Assembly: GCA_951406725.2 (NCBI GenBank)
Contig: OX597820.1
Location: 118,668,001 to 118,732,000 of the forward strand
DNA: 64,000 bases
Source of the DNA: Octopus vulgaris
Taxonomy: Eukaryota
Direction: 5' to 3'
Of the stretch, positions 56,404 through 64,000 are shown in pieces; the stretch's first letter is position 1, and each line of letters opens with the position of its first letter. The notes below the pieces were generated by a model. The model searched no databases, was not told where the DNA came from, and saw only the letters and a program-made list of their open reading frames with translations. The translations under genes and the position numbers were made by a program.

Positions 56404-56490
56404 TATAACATAAAGACCTGGAAATTGAAATTACAAACGATCTGGCATCTTAAAGTGTGAACTGTTCTAGTTATTATTCCTGTTATATAC

Positions 56491-56525
<35 letters not shown>

Positions 56526-56527
56526 AA

Positions 56528-56730
56528 GTTAATCCAAACAAGAAAACACAAAAAAAAAACACAACAACGCGAGGACGTGGAACAAATAGTATTATTGGAC
56601 GCTCAGGAAAGAAGGAAAAAGGAGGGTCTAACGTTTCGAGCGGAGCTCTTCGTCGGAAACATAGGAGAAGGAAAGATCCAGAGAAGGGAAGACAGAGGAA
56701 AAAAAATCGCCAACGGTACTACGAGGTCAC
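56528..56730 (-). mobile_element. Short HHR-bearing PLE-type element in (TA)n
   Basis: Minus strand 56626-56660 reads GTTT-CCGACGA-A-GAGC-TCC-GCTC-GAAAC-GTT^AGAC. Homologous to 15940-16146. Confidence 0.75.
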
Positions 56731-57136
56731 ATTTTGAAAGTACTATATATATATATATATATACATATAACTTATAAATAAGGGCAAACGAAAAAATTTC
56801 TAATGCCAAATATGCCGAGACTAGACACATTGTCCATAACCATATAATTTATCACAATAAGCACGTTACTCGAAAAAGGTTGACAGAAATTTCTAAAAAA
56901 ATTCCGTTATTACCATACCGGACTCTCTCACTCTGTGAGAGTTGCGGTTCGAAATATATATATATATATATATATACATATATATATAACATTGATTAGA
57001 GAACATACATGAAATTCGGGTCAATTTGGTCTTTAATGTTTTTTGTTTCTGTCTCACTTTCATTTGAGCACTTCTGTTTTGCAGTCCTATAAACCCTTTT
57101 TGTCTCCATAAAATAGGCAAACATTATTTCTTGTCT

Positions 57137-57191
<55 letters not shown>

Positions 57192-57204
57192 ACACGCAGT
57201 AGTG

Positions 57205-57403
57205 GTACGATAAAGTGGTTGCATACTGTCAACTTAATGTGCCAGTCCCATGAAAGGAATCATACTACTGCTATTTAGCCCTAGGAAGCAGCAACACTTC
57301 CTGTCGGCCTTGACACATTTCCTCTGTCCTTATGCTTATAAGGGGGAGATAAGCACCTCCACCCAGCTAAGCCTGCATCCAGAGACGAGTTTCTGGAATT
57401 GAC
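57205..57403 (-). mobile_element. Distant relative of the 351-bp HHR unit
   Basis: CTACTGCTATTTAGCCCTAGGA...CAGAGACGAGTTTCTGGAATTGAC is collinear with 7262-7406. Confidence 0.5.
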
Positions 57404-57906
57404 ATACATCAATTATTATTTTTTAATTCAATACAAATAGACTGCATCCCATCTAACAGCTGTTTCTGCTTCCAATATTTATGTGGTATTCCAACTGATA
57501 TGCTTAAAATAATATTCATCATATTTGTTAATAAAACCGATGTGGAACATGACGCTTCATCAGAGTGAAGGAAAAAACATACATAAAAGCAAAGAAGAAG
57601 CGCCTAGGTGGGAATAAGAAAAGGCTGACTATGTTTAAATCATACCATTCTTTTTATTTATCTGTTTAGGATGTCGTGTAAATGACTAAACTTAAAAATA
57701 CACACACACACACACGCACACACACGCTCGCACACATTAAATTCGTCACTCGTCTTCTCAACTACAATGTACTTATGACTACTTATGCACAGAACCTGTA
57801 TTTCGCAGGGAACTTAGAAAACAGTAACTTTCAATATACTATATATATAGTTTGGCCCTTTCTCTGATTTCGTTATTGCATTCAGAAATTCATACACACA
57901 CACAAA

Positions 57907-58014
<108 letters not shown>

Positions 58015-59001
58015 CACATGTATGCACATGTAAGCGCATATTCCTTGAAAGGTTCGTTCTGCATTCACTAACTGATGATTTTATTTTCTGCTTCTGGATT
58101 GCTCCTAGCAAAATTTCTTTCCCTGATTGTTATTCTTTTATGGATGTTTTGTTTTCGTGAAAGATATTTTTTCTTTATTCCTTTCTCTTTATCAAAGAAT
58201 CTTTCTCCTCTCACTCTTCTCTCCTTGTGTCTATCATTTTCATTGTTTTCTTTTCTCCCTCTCTCTCTGTTTCTTTTTCTCTACATTTCTCTCTCTCTCT
58301 CCCTTCCTCTCTCTCTCTCTCTCTCTCTCTCTAGCTCACTATTTGTCTTTCTCTCTCTAAATCCTATTTTCATTCGTTTAGAAATTTCCCTTAACTTGTA
58401 GGATTCTAGATAAAAAAGCAACAGAGAACACAAACATAACAAACTGATTCTGTCAATAATTTAAACCTTTTAGCTTTTATTTCACTTCTTTTTCTTCTTC
58501 TTCTTCTTCTTCTTCTTCTTCTTCTTCTTCTTCTTCTTCTTCTTCTTCTTCTTCTTCTTCTTCTTCTTCTTCTCCTTCCTCTCTTCCCCCCCTCCTCTCT
58601 CTCTCGTGCACACCCACATATGGACTTGTGCAACAGAAACAAATATTATGTAAGTACAGGAAAATATTTTTTTGTGTAAAGTGATTTGGCAGGGGACTCA
58701 ATAAATATGAAAATACATTCCTGTTTACATTGACAATATATCGTAATGTAAAGACAAACTCACTGAAAAAATACTTGTAAAACATATTACAATAAACACA
58801 TACATATATTACTAAAGCTTTCCTCGTTTTCAGCGCCGTACGATGGAGAGCTAAAAGTATATATTTATTGCATGTTGCATTAACAGAATTCTCGGCAGAT
58901 CAAATAAAATACCTTACTATATTTGCTCCTTCGCATTTCGTTGTATATTTTTCACCTTCCGACACCAGCAACAATTATGGCTTCATACAAGTTTTAGTAG
59001 T

Positions 59002-59387
59002 GGGGGAAGCACTCCGTCGGTTACGACGATGAGGGTTCCGGTTGATCCGAATCAACGGAACAGCCTGCTCGTGAAATTAACGTGTAAGTGGCTGAGCACT
59101 CCACAGACACGTGCACCCTTAACGTAGTTCTCGGGGATATTCAGCGTGACACAGAGAGTGACAAGGCCGGCCCTTTGAAATACAGGTACAACAGAAACAG
59201 GAAGTAAGAGTGAGAGAAAGTTGTGGTGAAAGAGTACAGCAGGGATCACCACCATCCTCTGCCGGAGCCTCGTGGAGATTTTAGGTGTTTTCGCTCAATA
59301 AACACTCACAACGTCCGGTCTGGGAATCGAAACCGCGATCCTATGACCGCGAGTCCGCTGCCCTAACCACTGGGCCATTGCGCCTCC
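59002..59387 (-). mobile_element. SINE family C, tail type 3
   Basis: 10-bp TSD TTTTAGTAGT. The tail also occurs alone at ~27860-27960. Confidence 0.9.
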
Positions 59388-59754
59388 TTTTAGTAGTATC
59401 AGTATGCTGTAGAAGCAATGCTGCGCCATGGTTACCTATGTAACGACAAGCAACGTAGACGAAGAAAGAAAGGTGACACCGTTGAGGCCAACATAGCAAA
59501 TATTAACAGGATCGTGGGAAGGAGTTATAGAGCACCCATAACTCATGATCTATGCTTAACTAATGAGATCTTCATAAATGCGAGGTTGAAGCTCATTTGA
59601 AGATCTTAGAAGATTCGACACAGAAGATTTCTAAAACAGAGAGAAGTATATTTCCCTTAACTTGTAGGATTCTAGATAAAAAAAAAAAAGCAACAGAGAA
59701 CACAAACATAACAAACTGATTCTGTCAATAATTTAAACCTTTTAGCTTTTATTT

Positions 59755-59905
59755 CTCTTCTTCTTCTTCTTCTTCTTCTTCTTCTTCTTCTTCTTCTTCT
59801 TCTTCTTCTTCTTCTTCTTCTTCTTCTTCTTCTTCTTCTTCTTCTTTTTTCTTTTCTTCTTCTTCTTCTTTTCTTCTTCTTCTTCTTCTTCTTCTTCTTC
59901 TTCTT

Positions 59906-59936
<31 letters not shown>

Positions 59937-60082
59937 TTTTCTTCTTCTTTTTTCTTCTTCTTCTTCTTCTTCTTTTTCTTCTTCTTCTTCTTCTTCTTCT
60001 TCTTCTTCTTTTCTTCTTCTTCTTCTTCTTCTTCTTCTTCTTCTTCTTCTTCTTCTTCTTCTTCTTCTTCTTCTTCTTCTTC
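59755..60082. repeat. (TTC)n microsatellite
   Basis: Direct reading. Confidence 0.95.
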
Positions 60083-60351
60083 TAGAGAGCGAGGCTTAGT
60101 GAAGAAGAATAAGCTCGAGTATTTGGGGTCAGTACAGGTGCGGATTTGTATGTTTTGCTTTATGCATGTAATCTCTGCACAGTGTTGCATTTTATACATG
60201 CGCATATATACTTAAAAGGCAAACTGTTGCAAAGTTTTACAAAATTTTACAGTCCCAGTGATGGCTTGAATCTGTGGGCTTCGATCAGCCTACTCTCTTC
60301 TGGTTTTGGGAAGCTTAATTTCTCAAGATTTGTACTTAAGCAGTTTGTTAC

Positions 60352-60352
<1 letters not shown>

Positions 60353-60382
<30 letters not shown>

Positions 60383-61183
60383 TGTATGTATGTATGTATG
60401 TATGTATGTATAGGTGTATGTATGTATGTGTGTATGTATGTATGTATGTATGTATGTATGTATGTGTGTATGTATGTATGTATGTATGTATTGTATGTAT
60501 GTATGTATGTATGTATGTATGTATGTATGTATGTATGTATGTATGTATGTATGTATGTATGTATGTATGTATGTATGTATGTATGTATGTATGTATGTAT
60601 GTATGTATGTATGTATGTATGTATGTATGTATGTATGTATGTATGTATGTATGTATGTATGTATGTATGTATGTATGTATGTATTTATGTATGTATGTAT
60701 GTATGTATGTATGTATGTATGTATGTATGTATGTGTTAATGTATGTATGTATGTATGTATGTGTGTATGTATGTGTATGTATGTATGTATATGTATGTAT
60801 GTATGTATGTATTATGTATGTATGTATATGTATGTATGTATGTGTATGTATGTATGTATGTATGTGTATGTATGTATGTATGTATGTGTATGTATGTATG
60901 TATGTATGTATGTGTGTATATGTATGTATGTATTTATGTATGTATGTATGTATGTATGTATGTATGTATGTACGTATGTATGTATATATGTGTGTATATG
61001 TATGTATGTATTTATGTATGTATGTATGTATGTATGTATGTATGTATGTATGTATGTATGTATGTATGTATGTATTATGTATGTATATATTTATGTATGT
61101 ATGTATGTATGTATGCATGTATGTATGTATGTATGCATGTGTTAATGTATGTATGTATGTATGCATGTATGTATGTATGTATG

Positions 61184-61214
<31 letters not shown>

Positions 61215-61303
61215 ATATGTATGCATGTATGTATGTATGTATGTATGTATGTATGTATGTATGTATGTATGTATGTATGTATGTATGCATGCATGCATGC
61301 ATG
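60353..61303. repeat. ~950-bp (TATG)n microsatellite
   Basis: Direct reading. Confidence 0.95.
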
Positions 61304-61858
61304 CAACAAGACCTTCATAAACTAGAAACCCTTAAACAAGTGTTTCACTAACCAAAATTTGAATCCGTACAAAGGACAATTACACAATCTCAGTGAATGG
61401 CATTACATAAACAGCAGAACCACCATTAAAGTTTCACAGACAACAAGCACATCAAACATTAATTTCCATCTCCACCTTAGATGCACACGCAAACGCATGC
61501 ATATGAGATTGTGTTTTCTTGTGCGGCCGCTATGGAATTCCAAACGTAATTAAAATTACAGTGTAAATGGATTAGCGATGATATTCAAAATAAAATACTT
61601 TTCATTAATTTTCTTTCTTCTGTTGGTTATATATTCTCTCTACTTTTATACATTTCTCTCTGTAGGCATTCCTTTGTAATTTGAAGTCTATATATTTGTT
61701 CAGCATTGTAATTTAAACATAAAGAAATATTGTATACATATCTGTTTGCGCGAGTAGCTTTACAGCTTCATCAGAGCGGCGTATATAGATATGATTGATC
61801 GGTAGCCACTACACACATTTTTTCTCTTCTTGTTTCTCTCCTTGTTTTTTCTGTGTCC

Positions 61859-61894
61859 CTTTCTGTAGAAGAGCGTAGGCTCGAAACGTAAAAG
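61859..61894 (+). ncRNA. Minimal dimer-type hammerhead motif (A6 substituted)
   Basis: CTTT-CTGTAGA-A-GAGC-GTAG-GCTC-GAAAC-GTA^AAAG. Downstream CCTGAGCG... resembles the 56528 family. Ends in (TA)n. Confidence 0.6.
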
Positions 61895-61993
61895 ACTTTT
61901 TCAATTCCTGAGCGTTATACTAATACATCTGTTTGTTTTCTACACCACCTGTCTTCGTCTTTTATTGTTTTCGTGAAGTCTCCCTATATATAT

Positions 61994-62035
<42 letters not shown>

Positions 62036-62109
62036 CACCAGGTGGTGCTATTAAGTTAGACATGGCCTGGGCCAATAATGGCCAAAACCTATCAAAGTAT
62101 CAAAGTATC

Positions 62110-62169
<60 letters not shown>

Positions 62170-62172
<3 letters not shown>

Positions 62173-63090
62173 ATAATATAGGGTGAAATTAATTAATTTG
62201 GAATAATCATTAATTTCACCAAGTAGATTTCGGCATGTAAAAGCCCCGTTCGAGGAAAGTTTAAGTAATACTAAGTAATTAAGGGTTTAGCAACGATTTG
62301 CCTCACCACACACCGAATTTAGAAATAGCAGTCAAAGAGTTATAGCTATTCTTTCTACTAAAAGGGAGATCTCAGTAAAACCACAGCACTTGAAAGGCAA
62401 ACACAGGCAAGAGAGAAAGAAATGACGACAATCGATCATACAATATTAAGTAACCTACGGACGTACGTTTCGAAATTAAGTTTTAGGAAAGCATAAGAAT
62501 TAGATAATTATGTCTTACCCAACTTTTTTTCTCATCAGCGTAGGACACTACAATTATGAATAATTGTATATTAAATTTCGAGGTACTAGAAGACATCATC
62601 TCAACTCATAGTATCAGAGCGAGCTAAAGCCGTTACCAGTATCACCAAATTCAAAGTGTGAATGAAAGTTTGTGTCACCAACCCTTTCCCACCAGCGTGC
62701 AGCCAAGACAAGATGTTGTGGTCATTTACTGGGATGAAATATGGTTATCAGTAATAATATAGGGTGAAATTAATTAATTTGGAATAATCATTAATTTCAC
62801 CAAGTAGATTTCGGCATGTAAAAGCTCCGTTCGAGGTAAGTTTAAGTAATACTAAGTAATTAAGGGTTTAGCAACGATTTGCTTCACCACATACCGAATT
62901 TAGAAATAGCAGTCAAAGAGTTATAGCTATTCTTTCTACTAAAAGGGAGATCTCAGTAAAACCACAGCACTTGAAAGGCAAACACAGGCAAGAGAGAAAG
63001 AAATGACGACAATCGATCATACAATATTAAGTCACCTTTCAAGTGCTGTGGTTTTAGCAAATCGTTGCTAAACCCTTAATTACTTAGTAT
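62170..63090 (-). mobile_element. Retrozyme-like / non-autonomous PLE: 1.5 copies of a 581-bp unit + inverted cap, in (TA)n
   Basis: 62170-62456 is repeated at 62751-63037 (offset 581). 63035-63090 consists of two inverted internal pieces. Confidence 0.85.
62454..62544 (-). ncRNA. Type I hammerhead ribozyme with intact core and long stem II
   Basis: Minus strand CCTACG-CTGATGA-GAAA...(extended hairpin)...TTTC-GAAAC-GTAC-GTC^CGTAGG. Confidence 0.85.
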
Positions 63091-63916
63091 ATATATATAT
63101 ATATATACTCACACAAACACACACACTCACACATGCGCATATTTATCCATTAGAAATATGATTATTTTATTTATTAGCAAGTATTATTTTGAAGATTTTG
63201 CGTAGATGCTATTGTTCTTTAATTTCCATTTCTACATGTTAATGAAAGAATATCTATGGTTTTTATGAGACACTTCTTTTCTCTTCGGGTTAACAGATTG
63301 TCGGAGGCTGAAAAAAAAAAGTTGAATGAACAAACTTTAAACCAAACAAACAAATACAACAACAAAAAACCCCCCAAAGAATAAAATAAAATGAAAATAG
63401 TTAACGGTATAAAAAATGGTAGATGTCGCCATATCTAATGGAAATTCACATTGCTGCATTGGAATTGTGAAGAAGAATTAAGTATGCCCACCGGTTCAAA
63501 ACTGAGGAATATTTATTTTTGTCAGTTTTCTGATCTTTTACAAATTTTATGATATTTCTTTTTCTGTTTTCCTCATATTATTGTTCTCTTTCTTTTTTTT
63601 TATTTATAAGAATTATCAGACAATCTCCGTTGTCCAATGTGTCACGAATCTACTGTCGTCTTACGGCATCTTCACATTTGAAACATAATTTTTTGTTTCA
63701 AATCTCTTTTTGTATTTTATTGAATTTTTGAATTTTGAATTTTTTTTTACAAATTTCATGGATTAGCATTATACATGTGGTGCACATTTTCGGTATTTGT
63801 TAGGGCGGTAGAAGAACCACATGTTGTACTAACGTCGACATTAGAGACTCATACGAAGATAATCCAGGTATTTTTTCTGCTGTAGTTAATATCGGTTCAT
63901 ATGTTACTTAAACGAA

Positions 63917-64000
63917 GGTGGCGAACCGGTTGAGTGGTTACCGCCCCCGGACAAATTGCTTGGCGGTATTTCGTCTGCCTGTTCGATCTGAGTTCAAATT
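63917..64000 (+). mobile_element. SINE family B head (cut by window end)
   Basis: GGTGGCGAACCGG...GCGGTATTTCGTCTGCC...GAGTTCAAATT. Confidence 0.65.

Noticed and set aside
57535-57575. Minus-strand CTGATGAAGCG hammerhead candidate
   Set aside because: No downstream stem II / GAAA.
61735-61785. Minus-strand CTGATGAAGC...GCGCAAAC hammerhead candidate
   Set aside because: GAAA is broken and no stem I pairing was found.

Overview
AT-rich, gene-free (or deep intronic) animal genomic DNA, saturated with microsatellites and retroposons. The SINE heads and simple-repeat load resemble octopus (coleoid cephalopod) DNA; this is recalled pattern recognition, not a database result. I see no intact host gene. 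Most ORFs in the track are microsatellite or SINE read-through. Identifiable content: three tRNA-derived SINE families (A, B, C, ~30 copies); R4/Dong-type REL-endonuclease LINE fragments in (AAT)n; a young 5'-truncated Tx1/L1 fragment in (GATA)n; CR1 and RTE remnants; Penelope-like (PLE) RT and GIY-YIG remnants; a decayed mariner; a pogo/Tigger-like MITE; and a non-autonomous Helitron. The most notable signal is a set of minimal type I hammerhead ribozyme (HHR) motifs at about ten loci, in several mostly unrelated small non-coding elements, usually embedded in (TA)n. Two of these (7214-8052, 351-bp unit; 62170-63090, 581-bp unit) are ~1.5-1.6-mer tandem arrays that start at or within 3 nt of the predicted cleavage site and are capped by an inverted segment. 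This fits retrozyme / non-autonomous PLE biology. One HHR element also carries a tRNA-like Pol III head.
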